DNA of 64,000 nt from Mobula hypostoma (taxonomy: Eukaryota): assembly GCF_963921235.1 (NCBI RefSeq), contig NC_086108.1, forward strand, positions 99,822,001-99,886,000, given 5' to 3'. Each line of letters begins with the position of its first letter. Position 1 is the first letter of the stretch. A model generated the notes under the pieces. That model worked only from the letters and a program-made list of their open reading frames with translations, was not told where the DNA came from and searched no databases. Below are positions 24,911 to 38,739 of this stretch, in pieces. A program made the translations under genes and the position numbers.

Positions 24911-27900
24911 GACTTATTTGAGTGCACGCAGTATCTGGAATAAGGTAGAAGATTTTGTAGCAGCGTTAGAGATTGGCAGGTATGACATTGTGGGCTTCAC
25001 TGAATCATGGCTGAAAGAAGATCATAGTTGGAACCTTAATATCCAAAGATACATATTGCATCGAAATGACAGGCAGGTAGACTGAGTGGGTGGTATGGCT
25101 CTGTTGTCGATAAACGAAATCAAATCCTTTGAAAAAGGTGCTGTAGGATCGTAAGATGTAGAATCTTTGTGAGTTCAGTTAAGAAACCGCAAGTGTAAAA
25201 AGACCCAAATGGGAGTTACTGTATATACAGGCCAAACAGTAGCCAGGATATGGGATATAATTTACAATGGGAGCTAGAAAAGGCATGTAAAAAGCAAATA
25301 TTACAATAGTTATTGTGGATTTCAATATGTGATCAGATTTGGAAAATAAGATTGGCCCTGGACCCCCAAGGGAATGAATTTATAGAATGCCTAGAAGTCT
25401 GGTTTTTAGAGCAGCTTGTGGTTGAGTCCACTAGGGGAAAGACAATTCTGGATTGGGTGTTGTTGTGTAATGAGACAAATTTGATTAAGGAGCTTAAGGT
25501 AAAGAACCCCTTAGGAGGAGTAATAATAATGTGATCGAATTCACCCTGTGTTTGAGAGGGTGAAGCTAAAGTCAGATTTCTCAGTATTACAGTGGAGTAA
25601 AGGGAATTACAGAGGCATGAGAGAAAAGTTGGCACATGATAGGGGACGCTATCGGGCATGATGGCAGAACAGAAATGGCTGGAGTTTCTGGACGCAATTC
25701 AGAAGGAGATGAAGTTAAAGACAGTATGAAAGCAAAAAGAGAGCATATAATACAGCAAAAATTAGTGGGAAATTAGAGAATTGGGAAGCTTTGAAAAACC
25801 AACAGAGGGCAACTAAAAAGCCCTAAGAAAAGAAGATGAAATAGTCTATAATATAAATGAGGATACAAGAAGTATTTTCAAAGTTCTGAGTAAATTTATT
25901 ATCAAAGTACATATATGTTACTATATACCACCCTGAGATTCATTTTCTTGTGGGCATACTCATTTAATCCATAATAGAATAATAACCATAATAGAGCCAA
26001 TGGAAGACTGCACTACCTTGGGCATTCACCCAGTGTGCAAGACAACAAACTGTTCAAATACAAAAAGAAAGAAATAATAATAATAAATAAATAAACAATA
26101 AATATCAAGGACATGAGATGACGAGTGAATCCGTGGGTTGTGGACATTTCATTTCAATGATGGGGCAAGTAAAATTAAGTGAAGTTACCCCTTTGGTTCA
26201 AGAGCCTGATGTTTGAGGGGTAAGTACAGTTCCCTAACCTGGTGGTGTAAGTCAGGAGGCTTCTGCTCCTTCCTCCTGATGGCAGCAGTGAGAAAGGGTA
26301 TGTCCTGAGTTGTGGGGTGGTGGAGCGGACCCTTATGATGGATGCTGTTTTCCTGCAACAAACATATAAAGACAAAAAGGATGGTGAGTGTGGATATCAG
26401 ACCGCAAGAAAATGACACAGGAGACATTGTAATTGGGGGGGAGCAAAGAAAAGGCAGATGAACATTAAATACTTTGCTTCAGTCTTCACTTTGGAAAGAC
26501 ACTAGCAGTACGCCAGAAATTCGAGAATGTCAGGGGGCAGAAGTGAGTGTAGTTGCTATTACTAATGAGAAAGTGCTCGTGAAGCTGAAAGGTCTGAAGG
26601 TAGATAAGTCACCTGGACCAGATGGACTTCACCCCAGGGTTCTGAAAGAGGTAGCTGAACAGATTGTGGATGCATTAGTAATGATCTTTCAAGAATCACT
26701 GGATTCTGGAATGATTCCTAAGGAGTGGAAAATTGCAAATGTCACTCTACTCTTTAAGAAGGGGGGAAGGGAGAAGAAAGGAAATTGTAGGCCAGTTAGT
26801 CTGACTGCAGTGATTGGGAAGAGTTGAAGTTGATTATTAAGCATGAGTTTTCAGAGTATTTGGAGGCACATGCTAAAGTAGGCCAAAGTTAGCATGGCTT
26901 CTTTCAGAGAAATCTTGCCTGACAAATCTGATGGGATTCTTTGAGGAAATAACAGGAAAGATAGACAAAGGAGAATCAGGGATGTTGTTATTTTGGATTT
27001 TCAGAGGCCTTGGACAAGGTGCTGCACATAAGGCTGCTTAACAAGATAAGAGCCCAGTATTATGGGAAAAATGCCATCTTGGATAGATTGGCTGACAGGC
27101 AGGAGGCAAAGAGTGGGAACAATTGGGGCCTAATCACAGGCAGCCAACCGGATTTTGAGAGGACTAGAATGCAAAAGCAAGAATATGATGCTGAGGTTTT
27201 ATAAGGCATTGGTCAGACCACATTTGGAGTATTGTGAGCAGTTTTGGGCCCCTTATCTAAGAAAAAATGTGCAGGCATTGGAGAGAGTCCATTGGAGAAT
27301 GAATCCAAGAATGAAAGGGTTAATGTATAAGACGTGTTTAATGGCTATGTACTCACTGGAGGTTAGAAGAATGAGGGGAGATCTCATTGAAACCTTTTGA
27401 ATATTGAAAGGCCTAGATAGAGTGGAATTGAAGAGGATGTTTCCTATGGTGGTTAAGTTGAAGACTAGAGGGCATAGCCTCAGAATTGAGGGACATCCAT
27501 TTAGAACAGAAGTGAGAAGGAATTTCTTTAGACAGAGGGTGGGGTATCTGAGGAATTCATTGTTATGGATGCCTGTAGAGTCCAATTCATTGAGTATATT
27601 CAAAGTGGATGTTGATCATTCTGAGCATCAAAGATTAAAAGGAGAAGGAAGGAGAATAAATTTAAGAGAAATAATAAATTGGCCATGGTGGAATGATGGA
27701 ACAGACTTGATGGGCTGAATAGACTAATTCTGCCTCTATGTCTTATGCTCTTATGGTCTTGTGGGCTTGCTGAGCTCCCTTCAACTGGAAGTAAAGGATC
27801 AGTTTGCGGACACTATGAATTCGGCACCCTGTTAACATACTCCTGTTTGAATGCAAGGAGGATTTTTGCTTCTTTCTTCTCTTAAGCAGTGAGTTACAGA

Positions 27901-28189
27901 CTGTATCACCCTCTGAGTGGAGAAAAGTGCCCTTTTGCCTTCCAGTCCTAATTGCTTTGAATCTATCCCTTTTGGTTTTGACACCTCTGCGACAGGTAAA
28001 AAGGATCAAACTTAGAGCTCCCCTCAGCCTCTTTTCAAAAGAAAATAACCCCAAATATTCCAATCTTCTCTCATAGCTACGACCTTCCAGTCCTAGAATT
28101 ACCCATGTAAATCTCTGCATCCTCTCCTGTGCAGTCTTACGATATTTTTGCTATAATGTGGGGCAAGACCTGTATCCAATAATCATCTA

Positions 28190-28730
28190 ACCATATAACA
28201 ATTACAGCACGGAAACAGGCCATCTCTGCCCATCTAGTCCGTGCCGAACTCTTACCCAATCCTATTCCCACCGCCCTGCATTCAGCCCATAACCCTCCAT
28301 TCCTTTCCTATCCATATATCTATCCAACTTAACTTTAAACGACAACATTGAACCTGCCTCAACCACTTCTGCTGGAAGCTCGTTCCACACAGCTACCACT
28401 CTCTGAGTAAAGAAGTTCCCCCTCATGTTACCCCTGAACTTTTCTCCTTTAACTCTCAACCCATGACCTCTTGTTTGAATCTTCTCCACTCTCAATGGAA
28501 AAAGCCTATCCACGTCAACTCTATCTATCCCCCTCATAATTTTAAACACCTCTATCAAGTCTCCCCTCAACCTTCTACACTCCAAAGAATAAAGACCTAA
28601 CTTGTTCAACCTTTCCCTGTAACTTAGGAGATGAAACCCAGGCAACATTTTAGTAAACCTCCTCTGTACTCTCTCAATTTTATTGACATCTTTCCTATAA
28701 TTCAGTGACCAGAACTGTATACAATACATG
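28190..28730 (-). mobile_element. Young CR1 3' fragment
   Basis: Uninterrupted 155-aa frame [45 protein letters not shown]. Confidence 0.9.
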
Positions 28731-29464
28731 AGATGAAAGTTAACTCATCTTAGAGTACGAAATTAGGTCCTTCAAGATTCAATATTGTTTAATGTCATTT
28801 CCAGAACACAAACATAAATCAGAATCAGGTTTAATATCACCGACATATGTTGTGAAGTTTGTTGTTTTTGCGTTATCTGCACAATGTAACACATAATAAT
28901 AAAAATTGTGAAATACAGTAAGTATATATAAGATAGTTAAATTAGATAAGTAGTGCAAATAAAATACTGAGGTAGTGCTCGTGCATTCAATGTCCATTCA
29001 GAAATCTGATAGCGGAGGGGAAGAAGCTGTTCCTGAATGGCTTCTGTACCTCCTCCTTGATGGTAGCAATGAGAAGAGGGCATGTCCTGGGTGATGGAAC
29101 CCCTTAATGATGGATGCGCCTTCTTGAGGCATGGCTCCTTGAAGGTGTTATAGAGGAGGAAATAATTGGTACTCCACATCAGATGCAGCACAAAAAAATG
29201 ATAGAATAAAGGATACAACAATAAAAAACACAATAAGATAGTTAACATACATAGATTGATTGTATGTCCATAAAGTGACGCTAGGCACAGTAGTGTCTGT
29301 ATGTAAGGTGCCCTGACAGGAAATGATAAAATAGTGGTGGTGTGGGGGTTAGGTGTTGGAGGTGTTGGTCAACCATCATATCCATGCTGATCATCAAGAA
29401 GCCATTTATCAGTATTTGGACTGCAGCCTTTTCTAAACGCTGTGAGAGTATCTGCTTCAACTAC

Positions 29465-30090
29465 CTTGGGTAAAGTTGTGGACAGTCCTAGGGTAGCCTT
29501 CATTAGTTGGGGGATTGAATTCAAGAGCTGCAAATTAATGCTGCATCTCTACAAAACCCTGGTTAGACCACACTTGGAGTGCTGTGTTCAGTTCTAATTG
29601 CCTCCTTATAGAAAGAATGAGGAAGCTTTAGAGAGGATGCAGAGAAGATTTACCAGGATGTGGCCTGGATTAGAGAGCATGTCATACAGTATGAGAAAAG
29701 ATTGAGTGAGCTAGGGTTTTTCTCTCCGGAGTGAAGGAGGATGAGAATCATCTTCATAGAGGTGTACAAGATGATAAGAGGCACAATCGAGTGGATAGCT
29801 GGAGACTTTTTTCCAAGGTAAAAATGACTAATACTTGAAGGCATGATTAGAGGAAAGTATCGGGAGGATGTCAGAGGTAGGTTGTTTTACACAGAGTGGC
29901 AGATGCGTGGAATGCCCTGCCTGCAGTGGTAGTAGAGACAGACACACTCGGGATATTTAAGAACCTCTTAGATAGGAATATGGATGACAGAAAAATGGAG
30001 GGCTATGTAAGAGGGAAGTGTTAGAATGATCTTGAAGTTGGTTAAAAGGACAACATTGTGCCTGTATGGTGCTGCAGTGTTCTGTGTTCT
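29465..30090 (+). mobile_element. CR1 3' fragment
   Basis: LYKTLVRPHLECCVQF..LERMQRRFTRM motifs. Confidence 0.8.
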
Positions 30091-30649
30091 ATGACAACCT
30101 CCCTACTCTGATATTCTGTGCCACGGCAGAGAAAGGAAAGCATTCCATCTGTGGAGATGGTGATGCTGAGCCACATTTGTGAACTTCCATCATGCTCTTG
30201 AGTAGTGATTGAGACCTGGTAATGACCTCAACTATACCCGTCCGTGTCAGGATGGCAATCTTTTCTACATGTCCCCGTGCAATTATTATTGCAGAGACTG
30301 TGTCAAGGAACAGTCTTGACCAGAGTATTGGCATTAAGCAATCTTTACCAAGTTTCACTGTCACCTTTTACTTAACCTATGCTTGGTATGTGCAGTGTTT
30401 TATAATTCAGCCAAAATGTTTCAATCCTCCTCTGTTTGTTCTGGTGCCAAGTTTAATGCTTAATTAAAGGCGGAATCTTACAGCACAGAAACAGGCCCCA
30501 CAGTTCAATCTATCCATGCTGGCCAAGATGCCCAGGTAAACTTGTCCCTTTTTCCCCATGTTTGCCCTATATCCCTTTAAGAGATAGAGAAACACACACC
30601 AAATGCTGGAGGAACTCAGCAGGTCAGGCAGCATCTATGGAGAGGTCCT

Positions 30650-31300
30650 TTCCTAAGATATTTCTTGCATTTAAATATATGCAGCTCAGCACACTAGCCG
30701 AATCATGGTCAACCTTTTGATTCCTGACTTTATCTGAGTTCTTACCAACATGTGTCTCCACAACCTCTCCTCTAACGGTTCTGGCACTGTGGTTCCTATC
30801 GCCCTGCAATTCCAGTTTCAACTGCACCTTGCAGCATTATCAAACCTTCGCATTAGGGTATTAGTCCCCTTCCAGTTCAGGTAGAAATCGTCTCTTCTGT
30901 ACAGGTCCCACCTTCTCTAGAAGAGAGCCTAAAGATCCAAAAATCTTATGCCTTTCCTCCTATGTCAACTCCTTCGGCACTTGCTAAAATGTATAATGTT
31001 CCTACTTACGGCATCACTAGCACACGGCATGGGTAGGAATCCTTAGATCACAACCCTGGAGGTCCTGCACCTTAATTTACTGCCTAACTCTCTGAACTCC
31101 TTTTTCAGAACTCGTCACTCATCTTAGCCATGCCATCGACCATGAGTTCTGGATGTTCACCCTCCCACTTAAGAATGCTGAGGACTCGATCCGAGACGTC
31201 CTGGATCCTGGCAGCCAGGAGGCAATATACCGTCCAGGATTCCTGTTCTCGCTCGCAGAACCTCCTTTCTGGTCCCCTAACTAATAAAATGCTTTTCACT
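30650..31300 (-). mobile_element. CR1 ORF1 (SGNH esterase-like) to ORF2 start fragment
   Basis: LVRGPERRFC..VYCLLAARIQDVSDRVLSILKWEGEHPELMV, then LSCIYLNARNI. Confidence 0.75.
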
Positions 31301-32144
31301 AATGCTCACCACTTCTGTAGATAAATTTGCCACAAATAATCACGGTTATAGACCATGATCACCCATGTCATACGACATGTCACGTAATGATGGTGCTGTT
31401 GATGACAATGAAACATTGAGTGAAATGCATCATTTGCGTTAACCAGCAACCTAAGGATCTGTTGGGGACAACTCACACATTTCACCACATATTCTGGCAC
31501 TAACATAAAATACCCACAATGTTCAGCAGAACAACAAAACAAAACAGCAAACAGCAAAACAAACTCCCTTTTCTCCTTCCCTTCCACTGACCAACCCACT
31601 CACACACGCAAACAGTCTTTCAACCCCAGGACAGACCTCTGAGGCTCCAACCTTCATAGGCAACGGGACCCTGGCTACCCAACAGACTCTCAGACGTGTA
31701 GACGCGTAAACTCTGAAGTTCAAAGTTTAAAGTAAGTTTATTTTTGAAGTACATGTATGTCACCATATACAACCCTAAGATTAATTTTCTTATAAGCATA
31801 TTCAATATATCTGTCTCTTCTCCTCTGCTTCCTTTTCCACCAATGCTGCCTGACCTGCCAAGTGTTTCCAGCACATTCTGTTTTTGTTTCAGATTTTCAG
31901 CATCTGCAGTTTTTTAAAAAAATTTCAACCAACCATTCCACTTCTTTCACATCAAAATATGATCCTGAAGTTGGAGTGAACTGTAACGTTGAGGCTTAAT
32001 TTAATGTTATTTAAAGGGGACAACCTTGTCTTGTTTATGTGAATATGGAAATGTCTTGTGTGTGTCTGGGATCGCAACGTGATTGGGTATTGCTGTGAGC
32101 ACACAATAGTTGTTGATTTTCTGCAGTAAAGGAGTTGGTCGCAT

Positions 32145-32480
32145 ATTCTAAATACAAGAGATTCTGCTGACTCTGAAAATCCATAGCAACACACACAAAA
32201 TGCTGGAGGAACTCAGCAGGTCAGATAGTAATTATGGAGAGGAATAAACAGTTAACGTTTTGGGCCGAAACACTCCATCAGGACTGGAAAGGAAGGGGTA
32301 AGATGGTGTGGGAGGAAGGGGAAGGAGTACAAGCTGGCAGGTGATAGGTGAATGTGGTTGGATATGGAAGGAAGGGATGAAGTAAGAAGCTGGGAAGAGT
32401 TGGGTTGAAAAGATAAAGGGCTGAAGAACAAGGAATCTGATAGGAGAGGAGAGTAGACCATGGGAAAAGCAAGAGGAGGA
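32145..32480 (-). mobile_element. Penelope terminal fragment
   Basis: pLTR motif with a degenerate hammerhead (32250-32285) and a pyrimidine-rich segment. Confidence 0.7.
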
Positions 32481-33109
32481 GAGTCTGATGTTAAGTTTCC
32501 TCGAGTAACCAAAATCTGGCAATGACAGTAACTGAAATAAGACAATGTGGGGCAGACAAATCTCTGAACACCATTATGAGTCGCGCAGTGGGAGACAGGA
32601 TGGCGCTGATAATCGGAGAATTTTGCACAGGAAATCGAGACAATGTGCAAAGAAGTCTTCAGAGCAGCAGCATCCGTGCCTGAAGGGAAACAGGATGAGC
32701 ACGGCCGCTGAAGTGCAGACAGGATAACCGATAGCCGAGGAGTAAACAATCCAATCCATCCATCTTTCATGGCAAAGAATGGCTGTGAAACACACGACAA
32801 ACAATACTTTCTAGCTTGAAAACCAATGCGGAAAATACAGAAGCAAAGAGTACCATGGAAAGATGAAGCTCAGGTCCACTTGTCACATGTATATCAAAAC
32901 ACAGAGGAAAATGTTGTTTGGTCTAATCAGCGAGGTTTGTTCTGAGAGCCAACATCACTGGTGTAGCAGTTTGGATTTCTGGTAAAATGGCAGTGCATTC
33001 AGGTCCAAACAAAGGTGCAAGTTTCGTCCTTTGCATCTTCTTTTACAACCACAGGACACTGCTGCTTATCATTGATACTGTAGGTCTACCCCTCTTGCAA
33101 GGTAGGTCT

Positions 33110-33420
33110 ACAAGGTCTACAAGATTATGAGAGGCATAAGTAGGGTAGATAGCCAGTACCTGTTTCCCAGGGCACAAATAGCAAACATCAGAGGGCATAT
33201 ATACAAAGTTAAGGGGGGGAAGTTTAGGGGAGACATCAGGGGTAAGTTTTTTTTTACACAGAGGGTTGTGGGTGCCTGGAATGAATTGCCAGGGACGGTG
33301 GTGGAGGCTAAAACATTAGGGGTATTTAAGAGCCTCTTGGACAGGCACATGGATGAAAGAAAAATAGAGGGTTTATGGGGTAGTGTGGGTTTAGTACTTT
33401 TTTTTCAAAAGAATATATGG
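33110..33420 (+). mobile_element. CR1 3' fragment
   Basis: MRGISRVDSQYLFP..FFTQRVVGAWNELPG. Confidence 0.85.
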
Positions 33421-33639
33421 GTTACATAGAAACATAGAAAATAGGTGCAGGAGTAGGCCATTCGGCCCTTCGAGCCTGCACTGCCATTCAGTATGATCAT
33501 GGCTGATCATCCAACTCAGAACCCTGTACCTGCCTTCTCTCCATACCCCCTGATCCCTTTAGCCGCAAGGGCCATATCTAACTCCCTCAGGAATGAGAAA
33601 GGCTCAACATCAAGGGCCGAAGGCACTACTGTGCTGTAG

Positions 33640-34225
33640 TGTTCTATGGTTCTATGATTGTCTTGGGCAGTTCTCTTGTGATATCAAGACCCTGTTGGGC
33701 ATTGGTAATTGGGAATACTGCAAGTTCGGTTTATTGGTTCATTGGCGAGACTGATGGTGGTGGAGCTGCGTGGCCTTGTTGTTGTGCGGACCAGAGCCTC
33801 ATGCCTTGGGGTCGCCTGTCACAGCCGCCGAGGGTGGAGACTCCGCAGGCAGTGTGTCGCAGCATACATGCTGGGACGCGGGCTGGCCTCGTCCATCAGT
33901 GCTGCCCCCCAGCGTTCGCTTGGTGGAAGACAAGCTGGATTGCGTTCGTCTGCGGCTGCACATTTATTTAGCAGGTGATGATCAGACCGTTGCAGGTTTC
34001 CTCTTGCTGACAATGTCCATGCACCATCAACCTACAAGACACGACACTCAGACACTAGGGCTATATTATTATTATTTTGAGTGGCTATATCATACAGTAT
34101 GTGCTATCCATGCCTTGTGCTGAGTATGATTATAGGTTCTGTATTTTACCCCAGAGTAACACTGTTTCATTTGGCTGTATCATTGGTGATTGTATGATTG
34201 AATGACAACTAAACTTGGACTTGAA
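33640..34225 (+). mobile_element. Internally deleted LINE (5' UTR and ORF start joined to 3' tail)
   Basis: PSVLPPSVRLVEDKLDCVRLRL resembles the endonuclease N-terminus (PS.LL.NVRSL.NK.D.LR) and is followed within about 100 bp by a LINE-type 3' tail ending AAACTTGGACTTGAAC. Confidence 0.5.
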
Positions 34226-34659
34226 CAGTCACTATGCTCCCAGCACCACACCACATGCTCACAACCCACTAACCCTAACCATACATCTTTGAGGAGGGGG
34301 AAAAAGCCAGCGCACCTGGAAGAAACCCATACAGTCATGGAGAGAATGTACAAACTCCTTACCTGGGGGTTGACACTGTAATAATGTTGCACTAACCACT
34401 GCTCATTCTCACTCTCTCCCAGTTGTATGCTTTCACTTGGGCCCAGAACGTAGGTGGCCTCACTAGGAACATCCAAACTCCTCATGGGCAGCCACGGGAA
34501 GTTGAACGGGGATTGTCGAATACCAGAGCAGTAAAATGCTGCCCTTACCGATATGCTACCATGCTAAGAGGGAAGATGAGGAGGCAGTTTAGTACTGGAG
34601 ATTGCTTCAGACACTTATCATGTTTACTAATCTGCTTGCCCTAAAGAGTATCAAAGAAG

Positions 34660-35420
34660 CCTCATTGTGGACTTCAGGCATGCTAGGAGCCACACCCATG
34701 TCCCCATCTACATCAACAGAGCTGTAGTGGAGCGTGTACCAAGCTTCAAATTCCTTGGTGTTCACATTTCTGAGGTTCTCACCTGGTCCCCGAACTCCTC
34801 CATCCTGATCAAAAAGGCGCAACAGTGCCTTTATTTCCTGCGGAGCATCAAGAAATCTCACCAATGTCCCAGGATACTGATGGACTTTTACTTCTGTACC
34901 ATTGAGAGCATACTCACCAACTGCATCTCAGTGTGGTATGGCAATTGTCCCGTATTGGACCACAAAGCACTCCAGTGGGCGGTGAAAACTGCCCAGCGGA
35001 TTATCGGCACCCAATTGCCCACTATTGGAAACATCTACTATAAACACTGCCTGGGCAGGGCGAAAAGCATTATCAAGGATGCATCTCACCCTAACCATGG
35101 ACCTTTTACTCTCCTCCCATCCGGTAGGCACTACAAGAGCCTCCGCTCCTGCACCAGCAGGCACAGGAAGAGTTTCTTCCCTGAGGCTGTGACCCCGCTG
35201 AATCTCACATCACAGCGCTAAGCAGTATTGCATCCATATTGTACTGTCTCAGTACTTTTATATTTGTGTGCTGTAGCACTTACTTTTTATTTGCAGTTAT
35301 TTTGTAAATAACACTATTCTTTGCACTTCTGGTTAGATGCTAAATGCATTCATTGGCTTTGTATCTGTACTCGGCACAATGACAATGAAGTTGAATGTAA
35401 TCTAATCTAATCTAATCTAA
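34660..35420 (+). mobile_element. Rex1/Babar-like LINE 3' fragment
   Basis: Open 184-aa frame SFKFLGVHISE..ESILTNCISVWYGNC..LLPSGRHYKS; (AATCT)n tail. Confidence 0.9.
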
Positions 35421-35682
35421 TCATTCAGAGAGACATAAAACCATAAGATATGGGAGCAGAATTAGGCTACTTGGCACATCGAGTCTGTTCCGCCATTTCA
35501 TCGTGGCTGAACCATTTATCTTCTCAGCCCCAATCTCCTGCCTTCTCTAAATAAATAAAGACATGCAGTCATTAATTTTTAAATTTAATTTATTGAGATA
35601 CAGCGTGGAACAGACCTTTCCAGCCCCTTGAGCACACCGCCCGGCAATCCCCCAATTTAACCCTAGCCTAATCACAGGACAA

Positions 35683-35990
35683 GTGTTGGCATGTGGCCAA
35701 GTGGTTAAGGCGTTCGTCTAGTGATTTGAAGGTCGCTAGTTGGAGCGTTGGCTGAGGCAGCGTGTGTGTCCTTGAGCAAGGCACTTAATCACACATTGCT
35801 CCGCAACGACACCAGTTCCAAGCTGTATCGGTCCTAGTGCCCTTCCCTTGGACAACATCGGTGGCGTGGAGAGGGGAGACTTGCAGCATGGGCAACTGCC
35901 AGTCTTCCATACAACCTTGGCCAGGCCTGCGCCCTGGAAACCTTCCAAGGTGCAAATCCATGGTCTCATGAGACTAACGGATTCCTATTT
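35683..35990 (+). mobile_element. tRNA-derived SINE with CORE-like central block
   Basis: A box TGGCCAAGTGG, degenerate B box, then GTGTCCTTGAGCAAGGCACTTAA. Inserted in a minus-strand V-SINE. Confidence 0.75.
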
Positions 35991-37207
35991 AATCAGAGGA
36001 CAATTTACAATGACCAATTAACCTACCAATCAGTACATCTGAGGACAGTGGGAGAAGGGTATAGCATAGAAATCCTTGCTGCTGCAGTCTACCATCACGG
36101 CAGAACTTGTAAGCATCCATGAGAGAGAAGATGGGCAGGAAAAGAAATCATCGCGGGCAGCTCACACCCTGCAAACTGCCTTTTCCAAAAGCTCATTTCT
36201 GGAAAGCACTACAGGGCTATTAAAACAAACACTTCACGCCGTCTTAAAAGTTTCTTCACACAGGTGGTTAAATTGATCAAACATTCTAGTTAATGGACCC
36301 GACCACTTCACCTATTACTTCCGTCTCTCCACTGCACTGTAAACATTTTAAACCACTTTTTATAATGCTGCTTACATTACTAGTACTTTTAAACATTTAT
36401 TTCATATCTGTAGTTCTAAAGTTATTTTTCAATGATTCTTTATTCTTTATAATGTTGTGGTTTTACATTGCACGTCATGCCAACACACCACAACAAAGTT
36501 CAAATACATGCACACTCAGTGGTCATTTTATTAGGTACATCTTGTGAGTGTATGTTCATTGTCTTCTGCTGCTGTAGATCATCCACTTCAAACATTGACA
36601 TGTTGTCATTTCAGAGGTGCTTTGTCTTTGTATTCACACCACTTTGTCTTCCCAATATTTTTATTAGTTTCTACATAGAAGAATAGAGTACAAGAAAGTA
36701 TATATAAGAGGTCAAAAAAGATTTTAAAAAACTACCAATTACATTATATCTATTAATTCATTACCCCGTATTCATGTAATTTAATCAATAGTTATATTGA
36801 AATATACTAATTTATCACAAAAAAAGAGTCTAACCCCTACCAAGACCGAAGCTGTTTATTAAGGAGAAAAAAGGGTAAAATATCTTCTCATATAATAAAA
36901 ATTAATAATAGCCAACATCTGATTTTAAACAACAAATTGAAGGTTTTGAATTCAGAGAAGGTCCCCACAATTTTCGGACATCTTGACAAGATTCAGAAAT
37001 TGAACAACGAATTTTCTCTAAATCTAAGCATGACATAACGTCGCATACCCATTGGGCATGAGTAGGAGGGAAAACATCTTTCCATTTAAACAAAAGCGCC
37101 CTCCCAGCTCTAAGAGAGCTAAAGGCCAAATATGTAAATCAGATGTCTTCAGCTTGATATCTTGTCTTGCAACAATACCGAAGAGGGCTGTCAGAGGGTT
37201 TTTTTTA

Positions 37208-37697
37208 AGGTTATGAAGACACACAGTCTTCTTTTTATTGTCATTTAGTAATGCATGCATTAAGAAATGATACAATATTTCCTCTGGTGTGATATCACAA
37301 AACACCGGAGGAAATAAGACTGAAAAAACTAACAAAACCACATAATTATAGCATATAGTTACAACAGTGCAACAATACCATAACTTGATGAAGAACAGTC
37401 CATGAGCTCAGTAAAAAGTTCAAAGTCTCTCAAATGTCCCACATCTCACGCAGACGGGAGAAGGAAGAAAAACTCTCCCTGCTATGCCCGACCACAGTCC
37501 GATTCTGAGTCATCCGAAAATTTAGAGCCTCCGATCAGCTCTCCAACACCGAGTACCAAGCACCATCCCTATCCGAACAATTCAACCTCAATCTCAGTCG
37601 CCAACGGCAGGCAAAGCTGGGGATTTTGAGGTCTTCCCTCCGGAAGATTCTCGATCGCGCAGTAACAACAGCAGCAAACCTGCGTTTCAGAAATTAG
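37208..37697 (-). mobile_element. Copy of the 20153-20770 non-autonomous element, inside the L1
   Basis: Colinear similarity with 20153-20630; interrupts L1 ORF2 between FKPNP and NPLTALFG. Confidence 0.75.
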
Positions 37698-38217
37698 ACT
37701 TAGAATAGGCTTAGGATTAGGTTTAAAGTTGACTTTGAAAAGTAAAGAAAAAGTTTGAGAAACTTCCTTCCAATATTTTTCAAGACTCTGACAAGTCCAA
37801 AACACATGAACTAATGAAACTTCTCCATTATTACACCTGTCATAGTAGGGAGATATATCTGAATAAAAATGAGAAAGCTTATCTTTAGTCATATGGACTC
37901 TATGTACCACCTTAAATTGTATGAGGGAATAGCGAGCACATAGCGATGAAGTATTAACCAGTTTAAAATTTTCATTCCAAGTTTCCTCAGATATTGGTGT
38001 CTGTAAATCTTGTTCCCAGAGATTCTTAATTTTGTCCAAAGGAACATTCCTCGTCTCCAGTAACATACCATAAATATTAGATATTGAACCATTATGAAAA
38101 GGTGTCAAATTAAAAATTACGTCTAGCAAGTTCTTATCTGAGCTTATGGAAAACGTGCATAATTGAGATCTTAGAAAGTCTCTGAAAATCTAAAAAGTCT
38201 GGGGGTTTAGCCTTACC

Positions 38218-38739
38218 TCTGATATGTCTATCCACGGCCTCCTCTACTGTAAAGATGAGCCACACTCTGGTTGGAGGAACAACACCTTACATTCCGTCTG
38301 GGTAGCCTCCAACCTGATGGCATGAACATTGACTTCTCAAACTTCCACTAATGCCCCACCTCCCCCCCCCGTACCCCATCCGTTATTTATTTATATACAC
38401 ACATTCTTTTTTTCTCCCTCTGTCCCTCTCACTATACCCCTTGCCCATCCTCTGGGCTTTTTTCCCCCTCCCCCTTTTCTTTCTCCCTAGGCCTCCTGTC
38501 CCATGATCCTCTCATATCCCTTTTGCCAATCACTTGTCCAGCTGTTGGCTCCATCCCTCCCCCTCCTGTCTTCTCCTATCATTTTGGATCTCCCCCTCCC
38601 CCTCCCACTTTCAAATCTCTTACTATCTCTTCTTTCGGTTAGTCCTGACGAAGGGTCTCGGCCTGAAATGTCGACTGTACCTCTTCCGAGAGATGCTGCC
38701 TGGCCTACTGCGTTCACCAGCAACTTTGATGTGTGTTGC
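38218..38739 (+). mobile_element. Penelope-like element 3' part (end of GIY-YIG region plus pLTR)
   Basis: SDMSIHGLLYCKDE..LEEQHLTFRLGSLQPDGMNIDFSNFH*; splits the L1 motif GGLALP|FRFYYW. Confidence 0.85.
38641..38676 (+). ncRNA. Minimal type I hammerhead ribozyme motif (PLE-associated)
   Basis: AGTC-CTGACGA-A-GGG TCTCGG CCT-GAAA-TGTC-GACT. Confidence 0.65.

Larger units (their letters stand above)
23725..27765 (+). mobile_element. Long decayed CR1 LINE (ORF1 end, endonuclease, RT, 3' UTR) with nested insertions
   Basis: ORF1 esterase end FWDHWDLF..YQDGL..LAGRFAN (23735-23855). APE ARSIWNK..YDIVGFTESWL (24915 onward). RT KSPGPDGLHPRVLKE (26600 onward). 3' tail at about 27760. Confidence 0.85.

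Noticed and set aside
32252..32800. 182-aa minus-strand ORF
   Set aside because: Half of it is low-complexity Penelope terminal sequence; no recognisable domain or splice structure.
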